Source of the DNA: a virus | Lineage: Duplodnaviria; Caudoviricetes | DNA: 35,790 nucleotides | Virus record (IMG/VR): IMGVR_UViG_3300031965_000096 | Span: 1-35,790 of that record | Reading direction: 5' to 3' (one strand) | In this document: positions 25,409-33,832 of the stretch, one piece after another | Position numbering within the stretch: position 1 is the first letter of the stretch | How the letters are laid out: the number at the start of each line of letters is the position of its first letter | Program-made: the position numbers and the translations under genes | Notes under the pieces: model-generated | Seen by the model: the letters and a program-made list of their open reading frames with translations, nothing else | Databases searched by the model: none | What the model was told of the DNA's origin: nothing

Positions 25409-25641
25409 CCGTCCCTGTCACCTACTGCCGTAGCCGAACCTGCGGCGCCCGCATCCAGTGGTACCGGTCGTCCCGGGGCAAGCCGATACCCGTCAAGCCA
25501 AGTCCGAATGGGAACATCCGGATCGATGCGGACCTGTTGGGGGAGCCGGTGGCGGTGGTCGTGTCGGATGGGACCGGGGATCGTCTCGCCCATTGGGTGA
25601 CCTGCCCGGACGCCGACAAGTGGCGGAAGCGGGGCGGGTGA
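25405..25641 (+). CDS. Small zinc-binding phage protein
   Basis: CRSRTCGARIQW...GKPIPV...HWVTCPDADKWR. Confidence 0.72.
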   Translation: MTVPVTYCRSRTCGARIQWYRSSRGKPIPVKPSPNGNIRIDADLLGEPVAVVVSDGTGDRLAHWVTCPDADKWRKRGG

Positions 25642-26648
25642 TGTGGTACTACATGCCCTCCACCTTTGCAGCGGATACGGCGGGTTCGAGCTCGCCCTAC
25701 GACTCGCCAGTGTGCCGGTACGAACCGTGGCTCACGTTGAGCGGGACAGCCACGCAGCGGCCACTCTCGTCGCGCGTATGGAAGACCAGGCCTTGGATCG
25801 GGCGCCTGTCTGGTCTGACATCGAGACCTTCGACGGTGGCCCGTGGCATGGCCGAGTGGATCTTGTCACTGCCGGCTTTCCCTGCCCCGACTTCTCCTCG
25901 GCCGGACGGCGAGCCGGGGTTCACGGTGACCACTGGCTTTGGCCCGAATGTGCCCGTGTCGTCGGCGAGGTGGCACCCCGACTCATCTTCTTGGAGAACG
26001 TCCCCGGACTTGTTCGGCTCGGAGGTCTTACCCGAGTTCTCAGTGACCTTGCCCGCCTCGGGTTCGATGCGGAGTGGGGTTTGTTATCCGCGGCCGCCGT
26101 TGGCGCCACCCACCAGCGCGAACGGTTCTGGCTGCTGGCCTACGCCGATCAGCGGGGATGCGAAACAGAACAGCAACTCTCAGGACGCGTTGGACCGGGG
26201 CTTCAAGGGGACGTTGACGGATCGGGCGGTCCGCATGTGGGGAACACCAGCAGCGAAGGACGATCAACGGTCACCGGAAGCGTCGGCAGCGGCGAAGGAG
26301 CGGTTCGGTCGTCAGGCAGTGACCTCGTTGACAGTGCAGGCGAAGCTCTGGGCAACACCGACAGCAAGGGACGAACGCTCAGCCGACGTGGCGGGGCACG
26401 GCCGGCACTCACCAGGCAATCCGATCCTGGCCGAAATCTGGTCTGGCCACCACTCCCCGCCGACATCGAAGGGTGGGCGCACTGGATCAGCGAAGGCGGA
26501 CCTGAACCCCAGATTCGTCGCAGCACTGATGGGCGTCCCCTGGGATTGGCTGACGCCCTGCACCTCGGTGGGAACGGGCTCGTACCGCGTGTGGCTGCGG
26601 AGGCATTCGCCGAACTGGCGGTTCGTCTTGGCATTGGGGAGCGGCTGA
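25641..26648 (+). CDS. Alternative-frame partner of the C5-MTase (WxTP repeats, motif IX-like LNPRFVAALMGVP)
   Basis: 335 open codons overlapping the MTase; ATG 25641 is coupled to the upstream TGA. Confidence 0.62.
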   Translation: MWYYMPSTFAADTAGSSSPYDSPVCRYEPWLTLSGTATQRPLSSRVWKTRPWIGRLSGLTSRPSTVARGMAEWILSLPAFPAPTSPRPDGEPGFTVTTGFGPNVPVSSARWHPDSSSWRTSPDLFGSEVLPEFSVTLPASGSMRSGVCYPRPPLAPPTSANGSGCWPTPISGDAKQNSNSQDALDRGFKGTLTDRAVRMWGTPAAKDDQRSPEASAAAKERFGRQAVTSLTVQAKLWATPTARDERSADVAGHGRHSPGNPILAEIWSGHHSPPTSKGGRTGSAKADLNPRFVAALMGVPWDWLTPCTSVGTGSYRVWLRRHSPNWRFVLALGSG

Positions 26649-26668
26649 TGTCCGGATCGAGGCCCTGA
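25643..26668 (+). CDS. DNA (cytosine-5) methyltransferase, main frame
   Basis: Motif I LCSGYGG, IV GFPCPDFS, VI ENVPG, VIII HQRER, X GNGLVP. Confidence 0.9.
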   Translation: MVLHALHLCSGYGGFELALRLASVPVRTVAHVERDSHAAATLVARMEDQALDRAPVWSDIETFDGGPWHGRVDLVTAGFPCPDFSSAGRRAGVHGDHWLWPECARVVGEVAPRLIFLENVPGLVRLGGLTRVLSDLARLGFDAEWGLLSAAAVGATHQRERFWLLAYADQRGCETEQQLSGRVGPGLQGDVDGSGGPHVGNTSSEGRSTVTGSVGSGEGAVRSSGSDLVDSAGEALGNTDSKGRTLSRRGGARPALTRQSDPGRNLVWPPLPADIEGWAHWISEGGPEPQIRRSTDGRPLGLADALHLGGNGLVPRVAAEAFAELAVRLGIGERLMSGSRP

Positions 26669-27111
26669 TGGACCTGTCGAAGCAAGCTCAGATAGACCGC
26701 GCGACCTCCCGGTCTCGTCGTATCTGCCCGGACACGGGGAAGGCGCGGAAGGATTGCGTCTGCTGGTCATGCCGGAACAGCCGGAACAGTCGGAGGGGGA
26801 AGGCGGGGCAGCGGCAGGCCCGCACCGCGTTGCGTCTCGCCCCGGAACAGTTCAGGAGCCGGGAAGGCAACGAGGAAGCCTGGCGGGCTCGAGTTCGGGT
26901 CGAGGTCAAGTCGGGCGCCCAAGTCGGGCCGATAGCCACCAGGTATGTGGAGGCGCGTAACCAGTCCGACGCTCACCGGGCGATAGGAGACCTGCGTCCG
27001 TTCATCTTCGCCGTGGTCCCTGACGGTTCTGACGAGCTGCTGGTCATCGCCAAGAGGGATCTGTACGCGGTGGTTGAGGCCCTCGTCGAAGAATGGGGAG
27101 GGACGGCGTGA
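26668..27111 (+). CDS. PD-(D/E)XK nuclease, Holliday-junction-resolvase-like
   Basis: SRRGKAGQRQA...VEVKS, with an N-terminal Cys cluster. Confidence 0.6.
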   Translation: MDLSKQAQIDRATSRSRRICPDTGKARKDCVCWSCRNSRNSRRGKAGQRQARTALRLAPEQFRSREGNEEAWRARVRVEVKSGAQVGPIATRYVEARNQSDAHRAIGDLRPFIFAVVPDGSDELLVIAKRDLYAVVEALVEEWGGTA

Positions 27112-28286
27112 GCCACGCCCGCTATCTGGTCGGTGACGTGTTCGACCGTATGGCCGAACTCCCCGACGGGTCCGTGGATCTGATCTTGACATCCCCGCCG
27201 TTCCTGGCGTTGCGCTCCTACCTGCCCGCGGACCATCCCGACAAGTCCAAGGAGATCGGTTCGGAGGCGACCCCAGCCGAGTTCGTGGACACGCTGCTGA
27301 GGCTGACGGCGGAGTGGCGGCGACTCTTGGCTCCGCATGGTTCGTTGTGTATTGAGCTGGGGGACACGTATTCGGGGTCGGGCGGTGCGGGCGGTGATTA
27401 CGGCCCCGAGGGCCTCCGCGAAGGCCAACCACGATTCCGTCAGATGCCGCCAAACACAGCCCACCGCTTGCATGATGATGGGTCGCTGAAGACGGACGCG
27501 GAGACTCGGCGCAACGAGTCGAAGAACGGTGGCCACGTCACGCCGTGGACTGGCGGGCCCGGCTGGCCGATGGCCAAGTCTCTCGCCCTCGTACCCGAGG
27601 CGTACCGGTTCGCCCTCGCCTACGGCATCAACCCACACACCGGACAAGAGTCCCCCGCCGGACGTTGGCGGGTCCGGAATGTGATCCGCTGGGTGCGGCC
27701 GAACCCTCCGGTGGGAGCGTTGGGTGACAAGTTCCGTCCTGCCACTTCGGAGATGGTCGTCGCGTGTGTTTCGGGGAGCCGGTATTTCGACCTCGACTCA
27801 GTTCGGGAGCCGTGGTCAGCAAACTTGCACAGTGGAGGAGGCGTCCATAAGAAGGTGGCTGGCGTCGGACCTGGGCGAACACAGGCGGATGCCGATCGCT
27901 GGGGGGCATCACTAACAGAGAAGATCGACACGAATGGCGGCGCTCCCCCTCTTGACTGGTGGAAACTCTCACCAGGCGGCTACCCCGGCAGCCACTACGC
28001 CGTCTGGCCTGCCGAACTGTGTGTGAAGCCGATCAAGGCGATGTCACCGGAACGGGTCTGCATCCCCTGCGGCATGCCCTACCCCGCCGCAGCCGATCGA
28101 TGCCCATCCGGACATCACACCGACCACTCCCGCCCCGGACTCGTACTCGATCCGTTCGCCGGATCAGGCACCACCCTCGCCGTAGCCACCGGACACGGCC
28201 GCGACGCCATAGGCATCGACCTCGACTCGCGTAACGCCGACCTTGCTCGCGAGCGCATCGGCGAGTTCCTCGAGGTCGTCGCATGA
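27108..28286 (+). CDS. Beta-class amino (probably N4-cytosine) DNA methyltransferase
   Basis: LILTSPPF catalytic motif, then HYAVWP and VLDPFAGSGTT SAM-binding motif. Confidence 0.9.
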   Translation: MSHARYLVGDVFDRMAELPDGSVDLILTSPPFLALRSYLPADHPDKSKEIGSEATPAEFVDTLLRLTAEWRRLLAPHGSLCIELGDTYSGSGGAGGDYGPEGLREGQPRFRQMPPNTAHRLHDDGSLKTDAETRRNESKNGGHVTPWTGGPGWPMAKSLALVPEAYRFALAYGINPHTGQESPAGRWRVRNVIRWVRPNPPVGALGDKFRPATSEMVVACVSGSRYFDLDSVREPWSANLHSGGGVHKKVAGVGPGRTQADADRWGASLTEKIDTNGGAPPLDWWKLSPGGYPGSHYAVWPAELCVKPIKAMSPERVCIPCGMPYPAAADRCPSGHHTDHSRPGLVLDPFAGSGTTLAVATGHGRDAIGIDLDSRNADLARERIGEFLEVVA

Positions 28287-28747
28287 CTTGGAAGACCGAT
28301 ACTCGCAGTCTTCGCACGTTCGGCCCGTACACCCTGCATTCGGAGCGTGACGGGCAGGAGACGGCGCATCTGGTCGCCTTCCCTGACGGCCGGGAGGTTC
28401 GTGTAGTCCCGGACGGCCGGAACAGTGGGCAGAAGCGATCTCGGGTCACGTCAGAAGCTCTCGCAGCGATATGCGAGCAGGTAGGGGGCGTGGAGCACGC
28501 ATCCGAGCTGGCCCGCGACGGGATCGGCCCGATCATGGACCCGGTCGCCTACCTGGTCGGCTGCTTCGCGGTCGCCGGACTGACCTGGGAGCTGGTCCTC
28601 CCGGAGGTGACGATCGAGGAGTGGCTGGACGGCTGGTTCGACTGGCCCGGCGATCGGTTGTCGTTTGACACGCGCGACATGTCGCGCGCCCTGCTTTACG
28701 ACCTGGACACGGCTGGCTGGCGGATCGTCCGGAAGGAGGCGATGTGA
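28283..28747 (+). CDS. Hypothetical protein
   Basis: Coupled ORF with GAGG RBS. Confidence 0.7.
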   Translation: MTWKTDTRSLRTFGPYTLHSERDGQETAHLVAFPDGREVRVVPDGRNSGQKRSRVTSEALAAICEQVGGVEHASELARDGIGPIMDPVAYLVGCFAVAGLTWELVLPEVTIEEWLDGWFDWPGDRLSFDTRDMSRALLYDLDTAGWRIVRKEAM

Positions 28748-29433
28748 GTACCGACGCGGTCGCCCTTGTGAAGTCCCGTCGGGTCGGGTCGGCGGCGACG
28801 AAGGCGATCCTGTTCGTGCTCGCCGACTACGCCGACTCGGAATGGTCGAGCTTCGCATCACAGAAGCGGATCGCAGCTGAGGCGGAGGTCGGGGAGCGGA
28901 CGGTCCGTCGCACACTGGCCGATCTGGAGTCGAAGGGGATTCTGCGGAGGGAACGTCGGCATCGGTCGGATGGAACTCGCACGTCGGACCGGCTGCTGCT
29001 CGTCCAATCAGCACTAAAACGACTACCGGCCGCTCTGGCCGCTGGCGATTCGGAAGGCGACTACCGGCCACACAGGCCGAACCTACCGGCCACTGTGACC
29101 GCGACTACCGGCCACAGCTTGGCCGCGCATGAACCGTCAGTGGAACCATCAGGAGAACCCTTACGCGTCAGAGATGGTTCTGGTGTTCACGGCATAGGGG
29201 GGGTCCGGGGGGGGAATGCCGAATTCGACCGGACCATCCGGACTGTCGCTGAGGAGATCGCAGACCGTCGAATCGCCGAGGGCTACGACGTGAGAAAGCG
29301 GGAGGGCTACATCCGGGGTCTGATGAAATCCCCGGAGGTGCGGAATGAGGCGATAAAACGTAGCCGGGCTCCGGCGAACGTCCTGGAGCTGTTGGAGGGT
29401 ATCGGACGTATCGATGAAGCGAGGGAAGCATGA
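28744..29433 (+). CDS. Replication initiator with N-terminal winged HTH (lambda O-like organisation)
   Basis: KAILFVLADYAD...SQKRIAAEAEVGERTVRRTLADLESKGIL.R; internal iterons. Confidence 0.82.
   Translation: MSTDAVALVKSRRVGSAATKAILFVLADYADSEWSSFASQKRIAAEAEVGERTVRRTLADLESKGILRRERRHRSDGTRTSDRLLLVQSALKRLPAALAAGDSEGDYRPHRPNLPATVTATTGHSLAAHEPSVEPSGEPLRVRDGSGVHGIGGVRGGNAEFDRTIRTVAEEIADRRIAEGYDVRKREGYIRGLMKSPEVRNEAIKRSRAPANVLELLEGIGRIDEAREA
29020..29115 (+). repeat. Iterons / putative replication origin: CTACCGGCC x4
   Basis: Copies at 29023, 29061, 29083 and 29105; the last three are spaced 22 bp apart. Confidence 0.75.
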
Positions 29434-29690
29434 AAGTCCGAGAGCGTTTCGCACGATGGCTGTGGCCGTCCGTCTTCGCCCAGCGCGGCATCTTGCGCAC
29501 CAAGTACGACCACGCATGGCAAGACCATCTCGCCCGCTGCAACTGCCACGACTCCTGGGATCAGTGTCCGTGCCTGAGCATCGGCCACGACTGGAATCCG
29601 AGACAGATGATCGCGAACTGCGCCAATCGCTGCTGCCGGTGGTGTTCTCCTGGTGAGTCCCGGACGATCAATGAAGCGAGGGAAGCATGA
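29430..29690 (+). CDS. Cys/His-rich hypothetical protein flanked by a 20-bp direct repeat
   Basis: ATGAAGCGAGGGAAGCATGA at 29414-29433 and 29671-29690. Confidence 0.68.
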   Translation: MKVRERFARWLWPSVFAQRGILRTKYDHAWQDHLARCNCHDSWDQCPCLSIGHDWNPRQMIANCANRCCRWCSPGESRTINEAREA

Positions 29691-29857
29691 GCCGGCTGAT
29701 GTCTGTCGCACTCACCGAACAGGCCGTCCGCGATCGTCGCAAGACGGTGACCCGTCGTCTCGGCTGGAAGTTCCTCGCATCCGGGGATCGGCTGACCTTG
29801 TGTCGGAAGGTGCGGGGCCGTAAACCGGGTGAGCCGATCGAGCAGGCCGCGCGATGA
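29687..29857 (+). pseudogene. Truncated ASCH-domain-like gene (56 aa)
   Basis: MSRLMSVALTEQAVRDRRKTVTRRLGWKFL.SGDRLTLCRKV matches an ASCH N-terminus (KTxTRR) but ends early. Confidence 0.55.
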
Positions 29858-30495
29858 GCGTCTGTGTGGAGAAGGATTGCCGCCGCCCCGTCTGGGACCC
29901 GTCGGGGAATCCGAAATCGAAATCGAAGCATTGCATCGATCATCACCCTTCCGGCCTGTCTGGTCCTTCGCTGGCGGTCCAATTGCAGAAGGCCCGTGAC
30001 GCCATCGGCGATCTCGAAGCCGAACTACGCGCGACTCGTGCGGTGGTGGTGACGGAACGGATGGAGAAGAACACCGCCGACTTCACGAGGCTCGAGTCCG
30101 TGGCGCGAGCCTTGTTGGATGCCCACGACGTGGAGCATGCCTTGACGGGTGCTGCGGTCGGTGGGACTGACGGGAGGCCGACGGTGCGGCGCCGTAACGA
30201 CTATCCGCAGCCCGGTTCGTCGACTGCGGGGGCACGGCGTGCGGCGAGGGATTTGCGTAAGAGCCTGGATGGGGCGGTGCAGGCGTTTGAGGCGGCGAAG
30301 CAGCGGGAATGGCGGCGGGCTGTCGGCGATGAGCAGCCTCCGAAACTGAAATGCGGGATCCGCGGCTGTGCGGCGAGGGGTGTGGAGGTGCCGGCGTGGC
30401 GGTTTGTTCGTGGAGGCCGTCGCATCGTGAAATCCCATTGTGAGGCGTGCGGTACGGCGTTGACGGGTGCGGAGAAGAGCGAGGAGACCGCGTGA
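29854..30495 (+). CDS. Hypothetical protein with terminal Cys clusters and a coiled coil
   Basis: 213-aa coupled ORF. Confidence 0.72.
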   Translation: MSVCVEKDCRRPVWDPSGNPKSKSKHCIDHHPSGLSGPSLAVQLQKARDAIGDLEAELRATRAVVVTERMEKNTADFTRLESVARALLDAHDVEHALTGAAVGGTDGRPTVRRRNDYPQPGSSTAGARRAARDLRKSLDGAVQAFEAAKQREWRRAVGDEQPPKLKCGIRGCAARGVEVPAWRFVRGGRRIVKSHCEACGTALTGAEKSEETA

Positions 30496-30686
30496 GCGTC
30501 GAGATCATCTGCGGTCCATCTGACGACGACATGGTGTGTCCCATGTGTGACGGGAACAACCGAGGGAAGCATCGAATGGACGCCTGCGATTTGTGTGCCG
30601 GTGAAGGGACCCTCGGCCTGTTCAGTGGACTGTTCCGAGCTTTGGATCAAGCAAGGGTTCCTGTAGAGGGTGAGGGGAAGTCATGA
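30492..30686 (+). CDS. Small CxxCxG zinc-finger protein
   Basis: CPMCDG..CDLCAGEG; GAGGAG RBS. Confidence 0.65.
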   Translation: MSVEIICGPSDDDMVCPMCDGNNRGKHRMDACDLCAGEGTLGLFSGLFRALDQARVPVEGEGKS

Positions 30687-30967
30687 AGGTCTTGCATCCT
30701 GACGCGGTGGGCATGTCGGCGTTCCGTGCCTTGAAGAACGGCACCGGACGCCAATACTCGGCCGTCGAGTTCACCCGCGGATGGGCCGGTTGCGAGCATC
30801 AGCTTCGCGTGTTCCGCAAGCTGGGAATGGTTGACGAGGCCAACGACGGATATGCAGTGCTCGACATTCTCGACGCGGAGGGCGACATCGTTCAGGACTT
30901 CAACGTGAAAGACGCGCGGTCGTGGCGGTATGTGAAGCGGGTGCTCGGGCTGGCTGTAGAGGGGTGA
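30683..30967 (+). CDS. Hypothetical protein
   Basis: RBS lies within the junction repeat. Confidence 0.68.
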   Translation: MKVLHPDAVGMSAFRALKNGTGRQYSAVEFTRGWAGCEHQLRVFRKLGMVDEANDGYAVLDILDAEGDIVQDFNVKDARSWRYVKRVLGLAVEG

Positions 30968-30977
30968 GGGGAACTAG

Positions 30978-31152
30978 ATGGATGATCCGACCAAGAATCT
31001 GATAACCGCGGCATACCACGACGGGCTGCTTTGATCGAGAGGCGAGCCTGATGGCAGAGCTTCGAGAAGTGCGACAAGAGCTGCGTCGAGCGCGGGCTGC
31101 GGTACATCGGGAATTGGACGATCTGCGGGCTGTAGAGGGTGAGGCGAAATAG
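30978..31152 (+). pseudogene. ORF interrupted at CTT TGA (+1 frameshift or pseudogene)
   Basis: 18 codons then TGA 31032-31034; the +1 frame continues as a coiled coil to TAG 31150-31152. Confidence 0.45.
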
Positions 31153-31371
31153 ATGAGGCTCGGCAAATGGCGAATATGGCACGGAGGTTTCCGAGACACT
31201 GGCACCTACGACCGGACGATCATCGGGCGAGACCACGACTTCCTGTGGATGCACCGTTGGGACGCTGCTGCCCCGCTGACTGTGATGTGGTGTGGTCCAA
31301 GAGGCGTTATGGGTCGGGCGATTTGGCCGCGAGACAGAGCGCGGCGGGCGGTAGAGGGTGAGGGGCGATGA
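31153..31371 (+). CDS. Trp-rich hypothetical protein
   Basis: Bounded by junction repeats. Confidence 0.6.
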   Translation: MRLGKWRIWHGGFRDTGTYDRTIIGRDHDFLWMHRWDAAAPLTVMWCGPRGVMGRAIWPRDRARRAVEGEGR

Positions 31372-31862
31372 GAGCAGAACTGTGTTTGCCGTATCACACG
31401 ACGGAATCGGGGCTTGGGCTGACGTACCCGTATCGGTTCCTTTCCGACACCGACCTGCGTGGGATGGCCGACGAACTGTTCCCGATCCTGTTGGCGTGCG
31501 GGGAGTGTGAGAGAAGCGGGTGGGCCGATAAGGGTGAGCTGATCGAGAAGGTTCGTGCTGCGAACACTGGCAAGCGAGTCGCTGTGGCTGGTGCGGAATG
31601 CCCGTCCTGTGGGGGCTCAGGTCACGATCCGAAGGTTCGGGTGATGCTGTTCCGGGCATTGGACTTCGATCTCGCTTCTGACGCCGAGTTCGACGCGATC
31701 GCCCGCCAGAAGGGCTACGTGCGGCTCGACGTGGACGTGGAGGCGCTGCGAGACGCGGTTGACGATTATGAAGGCTGGGAAACGCTCGACGGCGACGATC
31801 AGGCGCTAATGGTTGCTCTTGCCACGGTCTACCTCAACGCTCTAGGAGGCTCCGATGAGTGA
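31368..31862 (+). CDS. Hypothetical protein with CxxC..CPSCGGSG zinc motif
   Basis: Coupled ORF. Confidence 0.7.
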   Translation: MRAELCLPYHTTESGLGLTYPYRFLSDTDLRGMADELFPILLACGECERSGWADKGELIEKVRAANTGKRVAVAGAECPSCGGSGHDPKVRVMLFRALDFDLASDAEFDAIARQKGYVRLDVDVEALRDAVDDYEGWETLDGDDQALMVALATVYLNALGGSDE

Positions 31863-32055
31863 CCACGCAGGCGTAGCGGGCGACGAGGCCTTCCGTGTCC
31901 AGAACCTTCAGGTTATCGCCCGCGATTCGACGCTGATGCTCTGCGAATGGTGCGGTGGCACGGGCAACGAGTTTTACGCCATGTACCGTCGCTGTCCCGA
32001 GTGTGGCGGCGTCGGAGTGGTTGATCGGGAAGGAGACGAGAGCGATGCGAAGTGA
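31855..32055 (+). CDS. Small CxxCxGxG zinc-finger protein
   Basis: CEWCGGTG..CPECGGVG; AGGAGG RBS. Confidence 0.7.
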   Translation: MSDHAGVAGDEAFRVQNLQVIARDSTLMLCEWCGGTGNEFYAMYRRCPECGGVGVVDREGDESDAK

Positions 32056-32386
32056 CGATATAATCCACCCTCCCTGGACCCCCACGCAGGTTCGTGCGGT
32101 GAACGAGTGGCAGCGATGCGGCATCGTCCACCCCTTCACCTGTCGGCGACGTACTAAGAGCCCACATTGGTACAAGTGGGGTGACTTCGGGATTCTCGTT
32201 GCCACAGTGTCGGGGTGGGTCTGTCGTGACTGCGGCTACACCCAGGACTGGGCGTACGACTTCATGTTCAAGGGCGGCCCCTGCCAACGCTTCCCAGCGA
32301 CGCCGAGGCCGTGCTCGCTCTCGACCCCGAAGGAGACACATGAGCCAACCAGCGAAGTTCAGAGAGCGTTGCCCGGTGTGCCGTAA
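32045..32386 (+). CDS. Conserved-looking phage zinc protein
   Basis: PWT..QV..NEWQ..HPFTC...LVAT..GWVC..CGYTQDWA. Confidence 0.68.
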   Translation: MRSDDIIHPPWTPTQVRAVNEWQRCGIVHPFTCRRRTKSPHWYKWGDFGILVATVSGWVCRDCGYTQDWAYDFMFKGGPCQRFPATPRPCSLSTPKETHEPTSEVQRALPGVP

Positions 32387-32504
32387 GACATTCACATCGT
32401 CTAGTCCGTTCGCCACTGCCGAAGCGATGCGGGAGCACATGGGAGCGCATTTCCCGGACGCGTCGCCGATCAGCTGGGCCGACCCCGAAGGAGACCCGCA
32501 GTGA
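32340..32504 (+). CDS. Small C2H2-like zinc-finger protein
   Basis: CPVCRKTF...MREHMGAH; RBS lies in the CGACCCCGAAGGAGAC repeat. Confidence 0.62.
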   Translation: MSQPAKFRERCPVCRKTFTSSSPFATAEAMREHMGAHFPDASPISWADPEGDPQ

Positions 32505-32668
32505 CCGTTGAGTCATGCCCCGCCAGTTCTGAGGTATGGCGTGAAGGTCCAGCGGGCCTGCCGGTCCTCGCAGCGTCGTTCTCTTGCATCCTGAAAGCGG
32601 GGCACGACGGCTATCACAGCGATCTGTCGTGGGGCGTATGGGAAGCCGACCCCGAAGGAGACTCCTAG
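32501..32668 (+). CDS. 55-aa protein with C..C.L..GHDG.H motif
   Basis: GTG 32501 after AAGGAG; TAG 32666-32668. Confidence 0.6.
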   Translation: MTVESCPASSEVWREGPAGLPVLAASFSCILKAGHDGYHSDLSWGVWEADPEGDS

Positions 32669-32800
32669 ATGGCGAGCATCCTTCAACGCCAATGAATTAC
32701 TGAGGGTTGCCCACAGTTCGCGCTATGTTGCATCAACAGTGCCAGGACTCCACCCTCAACAAGTGTTGAGACCCGCCCCATCCTCGCAGGAGGCCCCCTC

Positions 32801-32938
32801 ATGATCTGTCCAGTCTGCACCCAGCCCGCCGTTCATCAGACGACCGAGCGCGAACCCATCCGCATCGACCAGACGTTCGAGGCCGGGATCACCCGAGTCA
32901 CATGGACCCACGCAGACGGGCGAACCTGCAGCCGATGA
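32801..32938 (+). CDS. 45-aa protein (CPVC...H...C)
   Basis: AGGAGG RBS. Confidence 0.55.
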   Translation: MICPVCTQPAVHQTTEREPIRIDQTFEAGITRVTWTHADGRTCSR

Positions 32939-32968
32939 CCCCCGCCCCCTATCCAGGAGGCACCCCCG

Positions 32969-33301
32969 GTGAACACATCCTGGTCAGGGAAACGCACAGC
33001 CTTCCCAACACGCATCCGCCGGTACCTCCTCACACGCCAACCCGAATGCGCGGCTCCAACATGCACACGGCCGTCAGAGATCGCAGACCACATCGTCAAC
33101 CATCCCAACGCACTCAGAGCAGGATGGACACTCGACCAATACCACTCCCCCGACAACGGACAGGCCCTCTGCCGCAGCTGCCACGACCGGAAGACCAGAG
33201 CCGAACAAGCCGAAGGCCGCCAACGCAAGAGAGCCCGCCTCGGAAGACCAGCCGTCAGGCATCCAGGGGAACTGACGGTGGGGGGGGACCCCCAGCCCTA
33301 A
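32969..33301 (+). CDS. HNH endonuclease (terminase-associated, HK97 gp74-like)
   Basis: C..C...ADHIV...NGQALCRSCHDRKT; immediately before terS. Confidence 0.88.
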   Translation: MNTSWSGKRTAFPTRIRRYLLTRQPECAAPTCTRPSEIADHIVNHPNALRAGWTLDQYHSPDNGQALCRSCHDRKTRAEQAEGRQRKRARLGRPAVRHPGELTVGGDPQP

Positions 33302-33360
33302 GGGGCCAGCCACGGCGGGGTTTGCGCCTCTGACTCTGTACGGGTTTCCAGATTCTCAGG
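33280..33360. other. Probable cos / packaging-site region
   Basis: Position between HNH and terS, with GGGGGGGACCCCC and TGTACGGGT sequence. Positional inference only. Confidence 0.4.
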
Positions 33361-33367
33361 AGGGCTT

Positions 33368-33832
33368 ATGGCTGAGCGTGGTCCTGTCCCGAAGCGTTCG
33401 GATCAGAGGCGTCGGCGTAACAAGACGGAGCCGGTGGCGAAGGCGCAGGGGGGTGGGTCGAAGCCGCCTCCTGCGAGTTCGAAGTGGCATCCGGTGGCGA
33501 GACGTTGGTTTCAGTCGTTGAAGAAGTCGGGTCAGTCCCGGTTCTACGAGGATTCGGATTGGGCTACGGCGTACCTGTTGGCCGAGTCGATCAGCCGTGA
33601 ACTGAAGCCTCAGCCGATCGGCAACACCGAGGACGGTGATGTCATCTACGCGTCGCTGCCGCCGAAGGGTGCGAGCTTGGCCGCCTGGTTGAAGGCGATG
33701 ACTTCGCTGCTGGTGACGGAGGGCGATCGGCGCCGCGCCCGGTTGGAGCTCGCGGCCGCTCCGGAGGTGGACCCTGCGGAGGAGGCTGCTGTTGCCGACC
33801 TTGGAAGCTACCGGAAGCGTCGCGCCGACTGA
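33368..33832 (+). CDS. terS: Terminase small subunit
   Basis: GPVPKRSDQRRRRNK, WHPVARRWFQSLKKSGQSRFYEDSDW and LLVTEGDRRRARLEL motifs. Confidence 0.88.
   Translation: MAERGPVPKRSDQRRRRNKTEPVAKAQGGGSKPPPASSKWHPVARRWFQSLKKSGQSRFYEDSDWATAYLLAESISRELKPQPIGNTEDGDVIYASLPPKGASLAAWLKAMTSLLVTEGDRRRARLELAAAPEVDPAEEAAVADLGSYRKRRAD

Noticed and set aside
32696-32775. Late promoter with inverted repeats (TGAGGGT/ACCCTCA; CTCAACA/TGTTGAG)
   Set aside because: The position is plausible and there is a TATGTT -10-like hexamer, but no properly spaced -35. Not enough to call.
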